Positions 7,912 to 16,180 of a DNA stretch of 24,000 bases are shown piece after piece. A program made the translations under genes and the position numbers. The notes below the pieces were generated by a model. That model made no database searches and was not told the origin of the DNA. It was given only the letters and a program-made list of their open reading frames with translations. Each line of letters begins with the position of its first letter. The first letter of the stretch is position 1. Origin of the DNA: Thaumarchaeota archaeon CSP1-1 (GTDB lineage: Archaea > Thermoproteota > Nitrososphaeria > Nitrososphaerales > Nitrosopumilaceae); contig LDXL01000001.1 of the NCBI GenBank assembly GCA_001443365.1, positions 152,289 to 176,288 of the forward strand. The letters run 5' to 3'.

Positions 7912-8229
7912 TTTTTCTAGTGCTACATCAGCAATAGTATTTCTTTTTGGTGTCAGAACAATAAAATAATTTTTATCTGCTCTTTCAATAGATTCGACTT
8001 TTTTATAAGAGTGTGTGTTTACGTCAAATTCTAAAATTCTACCTTCTAGCTTTCCTTTTGTGTAAATAAATAGATAAACATCCCCATTTGAGTGACTAAG
8101 AGGAATAAAAGAGAAAACATAACCTTTGTAAGAATTAATTGGGAGAGTATTTTTCATTGGGGGTGCTACAGAAGACATGTACATGAAAATATCTTCAATT
8201 GATTCAAATTCTTCATATTCTATATGCAT
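7906..8229 (-). CDS. Hypothetical protein (107 aa)
   Basis: This is the only sizeable ORF filling the gap. It has a non-repetitive, globular-looking sequence. No family was recognised. Confidence 0.4.
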   Translation of the reverse strand: MHIEYEEFESIEDIFMYMSSVAPPMKNTLPINSYKGYVFSFIPLSHSNGDVYLFIYTKGKLEGRILEFDVNTHSYKKVESIERADKNYFIVLTPKRNTIADVALEKL

Positions 8230-8274
8230 TAAAACAACATGATTTGTTTGAGTATAATAACCTAAAGAAAAATT

Positions 8275-9195
8275 CTATTGGTTCTTGAATCTTTTCGTTA
8301 ATTTTACTATGACAATAGCTGGCGCTACAAAGTACATTCCTAGATTCAAGATTATTAGACTTATTCCGTAACCTAACATTTCCTCCTCAGAATCTATATC
8401 GACGTGGTTGAGGATCGAAAGTGACATCAACAGTGGAGTTATGGTAATTCTAACTGCATCTTGGAATATTGGGTTTTCACGTTCCCAATCTGCAATTGTT
8501 GGAGAGAATGAATAATAGAATTCATTAAATCCTGTCATAAAGGCAGTTCCAGATAAAGTGCTAAGTACAGTATTATCTCGAATTTCTCTTAGCATTTGAA
8601 CTTGTGGTGCTAATTCAGAACCAAATGCTGCAGTTGCAATTAGGCATCCGCCTCCTTTTTCTTTTTCATCAGGTACACAACGTCCTTTTTCTAAATGGGT
8701 ACCTGGACCACAAATTGGTACTGGCTCAGGTTCCACTACTGGTGGTGGTTCCACTACTGGTGGTGGTGTATAACCTGGACCACCAACAAAATTGAATGTA
8801 GATGTGGCTTTTTGTCCACTATATGATGCTTGAACAGAATATTCTCCTCCTACTTTGAAAGTTCCTGAAGCAATGAATGTTGTTTCATAAGATCCATCTG
8901 CTTTTGGAGTAATTTGGCTAATGGAAACAAGATTTCCTGTTGGATCACGAATAATGAGTGTAAGATCAACAGGATAATCGATGTTAAGGTTTTTTATAAA
9001 ACCCGAAACAGTGATCGTGTTTCCATCTGCATACAAAGGCAAATCTGTCTTAACTGAAAGAGGTGGAATTGATGTTGTCGGGGGAGTTTGAGCATTTATT
9101 GCGCCCATAAATCCATATGATAAAATCGTAAATGATAAAATAATCAATGATATACGTCCTAACGGGCTCATTTGCTGGATTTTATCAAGGATCAA
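8275..9195 (-). CDS. Secreted protein with Pro-rich linker and CFI-box-like (CLIATAAFGS) C-terminal membrane-anchoring domain
   Basis: Signal-like N-terminus MSPLGRISLIILSFTILSYGFMGAINA-Q; the true start may be the internal Met at about 9171. It is followed by a beta-rich domain and the linker PPPVVEPPPVVEPEPVP. Next come the Cys loop CGPGTHLEKGRC, then GGGCLIATAAFGSELAPQVQMLREIRD and two C-terminal hydrophobic helices. Confidence 0.7.
   Translation of the reverse strand: MILDKIQQMSPLGRISLIILSFTILSYGFMGAINAQTPPTTSIPPLSVKTDLPLYADGNTITVSGFIKNLNIDYPVDLTLIIRDPTGNLVSISQITPKADGSYETTFIASGTFKVGGEYSVQASYSGQKATSTFNFVGGPGYTPPPVVEPPPVVEPEPVPICGPGTHLEKGRCVPDEKEKGGGCLIATAAFGSELAPQVQMLREIRDNTVLSTLSGTAFMTGFNEFYYSFSPTIADWERENPIFQDAVRITITPLLMSLSILNHVDIDSEEEMLGYGISLIILNLGMYFVAPAIVIVKLTKRFKNQ
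8731..8766. repeat. Perfect 18-bp tandem duplication (ttccactactggtggtgg x2) encoding PPPVVE x2 on the minus strand
   Basis: Direct reading: 8731..8748 is identical to 8749..8766. A degenerate third copy lies just upstream (8713..8730 region). Confidence 0.9.
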
Positions 9196-9233
9196 GGGTA
9201 TTTATGTATTAAATGAAAGAAAAGTTGACTCGA

Positions 9234-12200
9234 TTATAGCCTAATTATGCCATTCTTTACCAAAAATTCTAATGCCGCAACAAATTCATCATCAGATACA
9301 ATATCTTGGGACCACCACTCTGCAGTATTTTTTATCCAAAATGGAATATTTTGTCCGGTACTTTGTGATTTAACAGAATCTGGAATAACAATAATGTTTT
9401 CTTCCATTAGATGTTCTATTCCGCTGATAAATTCAGAGTCTGAAATCTGATCTGAGGACCACCACCTCGCATTGTTTTTTATCCATTCAGGTACCAAATA
9501 TTTTGAGACTTGAAATAATTCATCTCCAATATGAGAGTCATGATAATTCACACTAACTTTGTAATTACCAGGTAATGAATTATGATATAAAGTAAAGACT
9601 ACTTTGTACTCTCCTTTCTGTGTTGCAAACACACTAAATTTTTCTGATGATAAATCAGGTCCAATAAGAGTTATGTCAATGGTAGTTCCTTGTTTGTAAT
9701 TATTTACTTTGCCACTTAGAATTACTTCGGTTGTTTTCTTATACTCTGGAATGATAAATTTTTCAGAGTTTAAACTTGCGAGATTTTCTCCAGTCAAAGA
9801 AGAACCAAAACTAATTGCACTGAAAATATTTTGTTCCCCAGAAAAATCTCTGAAATCATGATATTTTGCATCAAGACTTCCACCTGCAGTAGAAATCAAT
9901 TTTGTGCCTGTTTTATCACAGATTTGGGTAGGCATTTTAAAACTTCCCTCAAAAATACCAGAATTAGGTTCAGTCTCTACAAGAATAAATCCTGTTGATG
10001 CTAGCCCCCCATGTTCAACTCCATTTATTGTACAACGCTTATATCGAAAATCTTTGATTAAAATTTCTACTAAAAGCTCACCATTTGATGTTCCAACAGT
10101 ATCAACATTGGGGGAATTAGGATCATTTACAACTTGATATGATTCAATTGTATCATGTTTTTGATTAAGATCAGAATCATTTAAAACAAAAAAAACTGGT
10201 TGACCAAAACGATAAGTATTAGATGTAAAGGATACAGTTCCTGAATGCGTTTTAATGTCAGTTTTAGTTGAAGTGCTAATAGTAACTCCAACTCCTGCAA
10301 TATCAGAATATGCAATGTTGATTCCTTCTTCATCTATCAATCTATCATTTACTAGGAATTTTATTCTGTCATCAATTGTTCGGAGTGATGTAATTAAATT
10401 TGAATCAAAAATATTGACTTGATTGGTAACTGTATATTCTATTGTTCCCACAAATATTCCAGAATTGTTTGAAGTTTCTTCTAATTCAAATCGGTAAATT
10501 GCGTTATTAATTTCTTGACTATTTTTTTGCCCAAAAGAAAAGAAGTCTATTACTATTGGTTGACTGTCTTTTTCATTAGATATCATACCTGCAGAAGATG
10601 GGTCATCAGATGAATCAAAGTTGATACTCAGAAAGACAGATGATGAAGAGCTTGAAAATGCATTTATTGCTACAACATCCTCTTTATCTATTTGTATAAG
10701 ACCTTGTGCAGATGAAATATCTCCTGGATCTAGTATTTGTATTTGTGTAATTCCAGGAAGTCCGCCGAAATGTAATGTCATATTTGTATCTGAAAATGAT
10801 TTTATTCCTAATTGTTGTTGAAATGATCTTAAATCATAGTTTAACCAATTTGTTCCAGCATTGTTTGGTAGAGTAACATCAATGAGCAGAGATTTTAGAA
10901 CCCCTGTAGTAATTCCCAAGTTCATAGATACTGTCTCAAATGCAGTGATACCAACTGGAGTAGTATCTACAATTAATCTGTCTGAATTTTTATCTGGAAC
11001 TGAAAAGTCTACTACAAAGCCACCATTCAGAGGATCAGTTGAAGCAGTATAAAATTTCAGACTAGAAGTTTTCTCAAGAGTTACTGGATCACCTAGTTGT
11101 AAGGAAGGAATAATTGCTGTGCTTCTAAAAACATTCAGGATGTCCCTTGAGCCTGAATTTACATTTTGATCATTATCGACAACTGTTACTGGAACCTGTT
11201 GACCTGCATTAAATTGACTACCTTTTGGGGTCATTGATATAGATGCCGTAGATGGACCAGCAAGTATTGAAGTTGATTTATCGCCATATTGTATTATAGC
11301 TGACTCTCCTCGTGGAGCATTTCCTAATATTCCAATTGTTGATTCATTACTGGAATCAAAATTTTCAAAAATTCCCGAATTTGGTTCAGATTCGACTACC
11401 GTAACAATTTGAGAAAAAGTGTTTACAGTATCTGAAACGGAAAGGTTTGGTTGATGGTCATTTGTTTTTAATTTTGCTATATTCCCAAGATTCATAGTTA
11501 ATTTTCCATTATCTTCAAAACCAAGACTTGAGAGATGTGGAACTAAATTTATTAAACCTGGACTGTTGTTCCCAGAATCTGAACCAGATTCTTTAAATGC
11601 TTGGTAAAAGGTTGCTTGTGGGGAATTTATGTTAAATGTCCAAGAATCTTCATCGGTAGGATCTTGATTTAATTGGATATCATTAATAGTTAAGAAAACT
11701 TCTGCGTTATTTGGATACCCTTTTCTATCAGTGATTGACGAGATGTTTGGAATATCATCATATTCTAGTTGAACTTTTTCTATCCCACCAGGACGATTAT
11801 ATTTTATCTCTACGTTATCAAAAGAAAATAATTGGATGAGGGGCCAAGCATAAACATCAATGCCAATCTGCCCTGTTGGTACAGAGGGGTTTGTGTTAAT
11901 TGATTTTGGATTGCGTACCACATTATTGTCATTACCCCCAACAGGAGATGCTGTACAGGCGGTAAATGGTGCATTTCCATTTGTAAAATCTGACAAGATC
12001 GGCAATGCTGGAACTGCAACTCCCTCTGTGTCAGAAAAACCAACTCCTAAAACTGATGAAGCAGTACTACTACTACAAAAGACGCCAAAGTCTAAACTTT
12101 TTCCGACAGCTCCTAGTCCTGCATCAAGAACAATTTGATCTGCTCTTTTTGCAGCGTTGATATTTGCAAAATATGCATACCATTTTCCATCAGTAGCTTG

Positions 12201-12494
12201 AACCATCCTAAGATCATTTCCGTTTAGGGTAACGTCTGGTTCACCTTCAGCCTCGCCAATGTCATTATAATCTGGATCACTTACGACTACCTCAATTACC
12301 ATGGAACCTGCAAAATGGTTGTCATAAATGGGGTTTTCTGCTGAAACAAAAAGATGAGGATTATGAGTTGCCTCTGCGTTGAAACTAGAAAAAATTGGAA
12401 AAAGTAGCATTGATGCTATAATGATGAGGCATGCTTTGATCAAATTAACTCGTAAATGAAGGAAATGTCTTTCAGACAAATAACATTGTCGCAT
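9234..12494 (-). CDS. Large secreted/cell-surface protein (1086 aa) with two tandem C-terminal ~37-aa Trp-rich modules
   Basis: Hydrophobic N-terminal signal LIKACLIIIASMLLFPIFSSFNAEA; the real start may be TTG at about 12443 or Met at about 12410. The body is long, Ser/Thr/Asn/Asp-rich and beta-type. The motif E(P/N)NSGIF occurs three times. The C-terminal modules are VPEWIKNNARWWSSDQISDSEFISGIEHLMEENIIVIP and IPFWIKNTAEWWSQDIVSDDEFVAALEFLVKNGIIRL (9237..9494). Confidence 0.8.
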   Translation of the reverse strand: MRQCYLSERHFLHLRVNLIKACLIIIASMLLFPIFSSFNAEATHNPHLFVSAENPIYDNHFAGSMVIEVVVSDPDYNDIGEAEGEPDVTLNGNDLRMVQATDGKWYAYFANINAAKRADQIVLDAGLGAVGKSLDFGVFCSSSTASSVLGVGFSDTEGVAVPALPILSDFTNGNAPFTACTASPVGGNDNNVVRNPKSINTNPSVPTGQIGIDVYAWPLIQLFSFDNVEIKYNRPGGIEKVQLEYDDIPNISSITDRKGYPNNAEVFLTINDIQLNQDPTDEDSWTFNINSPQATFYQAFKESGSDSGNNSPGLINLVPHLSSLGFEDNGKLTMNLGNIAKLKTNDHQPNLSVSDTVNTFSQIVTVVESEPNSGIFENFDSSNESTIGILGNAPRGESAIIQYGDKSTSILAGPSTASISMTPKGSQFNAGQQVPVTVVDNDQNVNSGSRDILNVFRSTAIIPSLQLGDPVTLEKTSSLKFYTASTDPLNGGFVVDFSVPDKNSDRLIVDTTPVGITAFETVSMNLGITTGVLKSLLIDVTLPNNAGTNWLNYDLRSFQQQLGIKSFSDTNMTLHFGGLPGITQIQILDPGDISSAQGLIQIDKEDVVAINAFSSSSSSVFLSINFDSSDDPSSAGMISNEKDSQPIVIDFFSFGQKNSQEINNAIYRFELEETSNNSGIFVGTIEYTVTNQVNIFDSNLITSLRTIDDRIKFLVNDRLIDEEGINIAYSDIAGVGVTISTSTKTDIKTHSGTVSFTSNTYRFGQPVFFVLNDSDLNQKHDTIESYQVVNDPNSPNVDTVGTSNGELLVEILIKDFRYKRCTINGVEHGGLASTGFILVETEPNSGIFEGSFKMPTQICDKTGTKLISTAGGSLDAKYHDFRDFSGEQNIFSAISFGSSLTGENLASLNSEKFIIPEYKKTTEVILSGKVNNYKQGTTIDITLIGPDLSSEKFSVFATQKGEYKVVFTLYHNSLPGNYKVSVNYHDSHIGDELFQVSKYLVPEWIKNNARWWSSDQISDSEFISGIEHLMEENIIVIPDSVKSQSTGQNIPFWIKNTAEWWSQDIVSDDEFVAALEFLVKNGIIRL

Positions 12495-12559
12495 AATTTG
12501 TCTTCAATTAGAAGACTAGTAATAAGATAGGCAAACTACCTGAAAGTGGTAAGATAACC

Positions 12560-13285
12560 ATGTTTATGCAAAAAACTCAGGTTCTCAAGATTTCCCTTTT
12601 TGCAATATTGTCGGCTTTTGCAGTAGAAATGACATTTGGGTTAATTTTCAATAGTTTGGGTCTGATTACGGATAGTGTTCATGCCCTCTTAGATAGTGTA
12701 GTCACATTAGTGCTTCTCTTAGCTGCAAAATGGGCAATAAAACCTCCTGATGCAGAGCATACTTATGGACATGGTAAAATTGAATCGCTTGGTGGATTAT
12801 TTGGCGGAATTGCAATTCTACTAATTGCTGCCTTTTTCATTTATGAAGCAATAACTCGTCTTTATAGTCCAGAACCTGAAATATTACCTGGAGTCTTAGC
12901 TATAACTGCTGGCATATACACTATCGGTGTTGATGTTTTTAGAATTGTCCTTTTAGCAAAATCTATCAAAAAAATTGGCGGCACTACACTAAAGGCTGAC
13001 TTTTACCATGCAATGATGGATCTTGGTTCGACTATTGTTGCAATAGTTGGAATCTTGCTTGTAACTACTGGATTTTACCAAGGAGACTTTATTGCAGCAT
13101 TAGTTTTAGGAATTTTGCTTGTAGTATTAAGCTTGAAGCTGATTTATCGTACTGCAATGGATCTTACCGACATTATTTCACCTGGGCTTGTAGCTAAAGT
13201 GCGAGACATTACGCAAAATACAGAAGGTGTTTTGGGAGTTGGACCAATTCTTATGAGAAAATCAGGCGATACAATCTTTTTGTGA
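12560..13285 (+). CDS. Cation diffusion facilitator (CDF) exporter, transmembrane part plus the start of the first cytoplasmic domain
   Basis: Six predicted TM segments. TM2 has DSVHALLD (H-x3-D) and TM5 has FYHAMMD (H-x3-D), the HD-HD site typical of Zn/Co-type CDFs. EHTYGHGKIE motif. The ORF stops inside the conserved cytoplasmic domain (..MRKSGDTIFL*). Confidence 0.85.
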   Translation: MFMQKTQVLKISLFAILSAFAVEMTFGLIFNSLGLITDSVHALLDSVVTLVLLLAAKWAIKPPDAEHTYGHGKIESLGGLFGGIAILLIAAFFIYEAITRLYSPEPEILPGVLAITAGIYTIGVDVFRIVLLAKSIKKIGGTTLKADFYHAMMDLGSTIVAIVGILLVTTGFYQGDFIAALVLGILLVVLSLKLIYRTAMDLTDIISPGLVAKVRDITQNTEGVLGVGPILMRKSGDTIFL

Positions 13286-13298
13286 TGTAACGATTACA

Positions 13299-13913
13299 TT
13301 GCGAGGAGATGTTAGCTTTGATAAGGCTCATGAAATTTCTGCGCAAGCTGAAAACAATATAAAAAATCAAATCTCAAACTCTAAAACGTTTGTTCGTTTT
13401 GAGCCAAGCTGGCATGATGTTCCACAAGAATCAAAAATTAAAGATATTGTGATGTCAATCGATGGTGTTAAAGAAGTCCATAATATTTCATCCTATTCAT
13501 CAGAAGGTAAAATCTTTGTAAGTTTTCATGTGATGGTAGAAAGAGAAAAAAATCTAGAAGATGCCCACAAAATCTCTGAAATTGTAGAAGAGAAAATTCA
13601 GAAAAGCTTGCCTGAAATACATCATGTTACGATTCATCTAGAGCCTTTTGTGGCTATTCCTGAAAAGCTCAAGATGGATGGCAAAATTACCAAAGAAATG
13701 ATTGGCCGTTTACTTGATGAATTTACCGAAATCAAAAAAATAGGTCGAGTAGTTACTCTAAAGTATCAAGATGTGTTAAAAATCGATTTTGATTGCTCTT
13801 TTGATAGACATTTATCCATTGAAAAAGTTCATGATTTAACATCTCAGATTGAAAGAAAAATCAGAAGTAGATTTAAAAATGCTATAATTACAATTCATCC
13901 CGAACCAAGTTAA
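13299..13913 (+). CDS. Continuation of the CDF exporter in the +1 frame: remainder of cytoplasmic domain 1 plus two further CDF C-terminal-domain-like repeats
   Basis: This frame is open from 13257 and reads ..FCDVTITLRGDVSFDKAHEIS.., which continues the sequence where ORF 12560..13285 breaks off. Three units each end in (F/L/P)EP and each contain an (A/V)H-x-(I/L)(S/T) helix. Confidence 0.8.
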   Translation: MRGDVSFDKAHEISAQAENNIKNQISNSKTFVRFEPSWHDVPQESKIKDIVMSIDGVKEVHNISSYSSEGKIFVSFHVMVEREKNLEDAHKISEIVEEKIQKSLPEIHHVTIHLEPFVAIPEKLKMDGKITKEMIGRLLDEFTEIKKIGRVVTLKYQDVLKIDFDCSFDRHLSIEKVHDLTSQIERKIRSRFKNAIITIHPEPS

Positions 13914-13926
13914 AAAATCTAGTGAA

Positions 13927-15105
13927 TTAAACTAGAATACTTGTAATATACATGATAAGCATTCCTGCTGCAATTCCAGCTACTACGGAAGCGCTTGCAA
14001 GGAATTTATCATCTTCTTTACGAATCCATCCCAAAATTGCCACTGCTACCTGAAATATTGCCCCTGATCCAATTGAAAGAAACACAATAGATGTAAACGG
14101 AGAATATGCAAATCCTCCAATCCAAGCTCCAAAAATAGCTGGAGAACCAGCAATTAACCCCATTCCGACAAGTTTACCAATCATTGGTTTTCCTTTTGCC
14201 ATTGGAGCTGCAATAGCAAAGCCTTCAGAAGTGTTATGCAATGCAAATCCTACCAACAAAAATGTACTAAATGCTACTTCTCCAAGACCAACTGCAGCCC
14301 CAATAGCTAGACCTTCACCAAAGTTGTGTAATCCAATACCAATTGCAATCATCAAACCCAAGGCAACAGGTTTTGCATATGGAGAGGCATCGGCTCTTTT
14401 GACAAGCTTATTTCCAGAATAGTATAATCCAAGAAATGACAAGATGACAACAGTTGCTATTAACAATATACCATTGAAGCTTCCTGCTAGAAACTTAGCA
14501 GAAACCTCAGTAGCTTCCTCTATCGCATCAATTCCTAAAAACAACAGGAGCCCTACAGTTATTGCCAAAAAGAAATTATACTTGGCTTTGCTGATGCGTT
14601 TGATAAAGGGTAACCAGAGAAGACCAATCATTACAGGAATTATTCCAACGTATGTTCCAATTATTGCAAAGTATCCAACAAGTTCACCACTTGGTTTCAA
14701 AGCTTGTGTTGCAGCTTTAATCTCTTTTTCAAATCGTGTGCCATCTTCAGTTGTAATTCCAATTGTATAGGGTTCAGATTCATTCCATTCAAATGGAATT
14801 CTTACCAAGGCTGTCTCAAATCTATTCAAGAATCTATCTGGTTCAATTGCTGCTGGTTGAATTCTATCATTGACATCAGCCATTACTACTTCCACTGGAA
14901 TATGACCTGTATTCCTAACCGTAGCTTGAATCTCACCAGCTACAAAGTCAATCTTTTCTATAGTAACCTCAGGTAAAGAAACACCTACATCAAGTAAATC
15001 TCCACTTGATCCAAAGAGATACACAATCAAAAGTATCACAAATGCAAATGGAATTACTCCACTAGCTACTAACTTGCCTTTGGAGGTTTTACTCCCAAGT
15101 TCCAT
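13927..15105 (-). CDS. ZIP-family divalent metal permease with an extra N-terminal TM helix and ~100-aa extracytoplasmic domain
   Basis: ZIP signature helices GLHNFGEGLAIGAA and ALHNTSEGFAIAAP. There are 8 TM segments in the C-terminal ~260 aa. N-terminal anchor VIPFAFVILLIVYLF is followed by a beta-rich domain. Its ATG lies 17 nt inside the 3' end of the MCO gene. Confidence 0.8.
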   Translation of the reverse strand: MELGSKTSKGKLVASGVIPFAFVILLIVYLFGSSGDLLDVGVSLPEVTIEKIDFVAGEIQATVRNTGHIPVEVVMADVNDRIQPAAIEPDRFLNRFETALVRIPFEWNESEPYTIGITTEDGTRFEKEIKAATQALKPSGELVGYFAIIGTYVGIIPVMIGLLWLPFIKRISKAKYNFFLAITVGLLLFLGIDAIEEATEVSAKFLAGSFNGILLIATVVILSFLGLYYSGNKLVKRADASPYAKPVALGLMIAIGIGLHNFGEGLAIGAAVGLGEVAFSTFLLVGFALHNTSEGFAIAAPMAKGKPMIGKLVGMGLIAGSPAIFGAWIGGFAYSPFTSIVFLSIGSGAIFQVAVAILGWIRKEDDKFLASASVVAGIAAGMLIMYITSILV

Positions 15106-16153
15106 ATTCTACTCCTTGAAGGCTATTCGCAGGATTCTCTTTTACTAAGAATATACCAACCCAGCCTTTTTCAGAGAATTCTACTTTGTGAGCATGAAAT
15201 AGATATTTTCCTGGATATGTATATTGAAATTCCATTATACCTCTCTCAGTTTGAGATAAAGTAATCATATCGGTATATGTCGAAGGAACTGTGTTAGTTC
15301 CTGTGGGATAATAATAATACAAGTTTCCATGCAAATGAAAATTGTTTATTGGATCAAATTCAACCATGTTTACTACGTAAACTCTAATGAGTTGATTGGT
15401 ATTGATCTGAATTGGATGATGTTCATAGTAAAATGGTATACTGTTTGCAGCATAGAAATTATTTTCTGTATCAAAATCTGTATCAAATCCATTTAAAACC
15501 ATAACCATTTCATCAGCAGGTGATCTTTTTTCTTTGGGATCAACTATGAAGACACCATACAATCCATGAGCAATATGTTCTTCAAGTGGCATCACGTGAC
15601 AATGGTATGGATGAACCCCCACTGGTCCAGCTTCAAACTCGTAAGTAAATTGTCCACCTCCAGGTCCTACTAACTCAAACACTCCATCCATTTCTGCAAC
15701 ATGGATTCCATGAAAATGCATGGTGTGTTGTTTATTTCCATTATTGATGAATTTTATACGTACAATGTCTCCTTCAGTGGCTCTAATTGTAGGACCTGGA
15801 ACTGTACCATTAAATGTCCATACATTATAAAATATTCCAGGAGATATTTCCATAGTTTTATCATCCTCAGCAATAATTGTAAATTCCCTTAATGTCCTAC
15901 CATCTTCTAACATAGAAACACGTCCATAGTTAAATTCACGTAAAAATTTGTCTGGATCAAAATCAACAGTTTGAACAGAATATATTGGATCTAAGATTTC
16001 TCCGGTAGTTTTTACAATAGCTCCAGAATGAGTAACAAAAATTTTCTGTTCAAGCTCAGCATCAGAAATTGAGGGAAAAATAAAGTAAGATATGGAAACC
16101 ATGACGGCTATCACAAGTATAATAATCATCTTGGTAGATTTGGAATTTTTCAT
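15089..16153 (-). CDS. Two-domain multicopper oxidase (secreted/anchored), type-1 Cu site in the N-terminal cupredoxin domain
   Basis: N-terminal signal/anchor MIIILVIAVMVSISYFIF. Copper motifs occur in the order HTMHFHGIH, HPYHCHVMPLEEHIAHGL, FHLHG, FHAH. The H-C-H triad indicates a trinuclear-cluster MCO rather than NirK. Confidence 0.85.
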   Translation of the reverse strand: MKNSKSTKMIIILVIAVMVSISYFIFPSISDAELEQKIFVTHSGAIVKTTGEILDPIYSVQTVDFDPDKFLREFNYGRVSMLEDGRTLREFTIIAEDDKTMEISPGIFYNVWTFNGTVPGPTIRATEGDIVRIKFINNGNKQHTMHFHGIHVAEMDGVFELVGPGGGQFTYEFEAGPVGVHPYHCHVMPLEEHIAHGLYGVFIVDPKEKRSPADEMVMVLNGFDTDFDTENNFYAANSIPFYYEHHPIQINTNQLIRVYVVNMVEFDPINNFHLHGNLYYYYPTGTNTVPSTYTDMITLSQTERGIMEFQYTYPGKYLFHAHKVEFSEKGWVGIFLVKENPANSLQGVEYGTWE

Positions 16154-16180
16154 GATTTAATTAAATTGTATACGAACTGG

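Noticed and set aside
12500-12516. Small palindrome gtcttc-aatta-gaagac in the region between the surface-protein gene and the CDF gene
   Set aside because: A 6-bp stem is expected several times by chance in 24 kb, and there is no second copy or flanking support.
15089-16153. Calling the copper protein a NirK-type nitrite reductase
   Set aside because: The Cys ligand sits in an H-C-H triad, and additional HxHG and HxH motifs are present. These are the ligand set of a trinuclear-cluster multicopper oxidase. NirK has H-C-A/P and a single type-2 Cu site.
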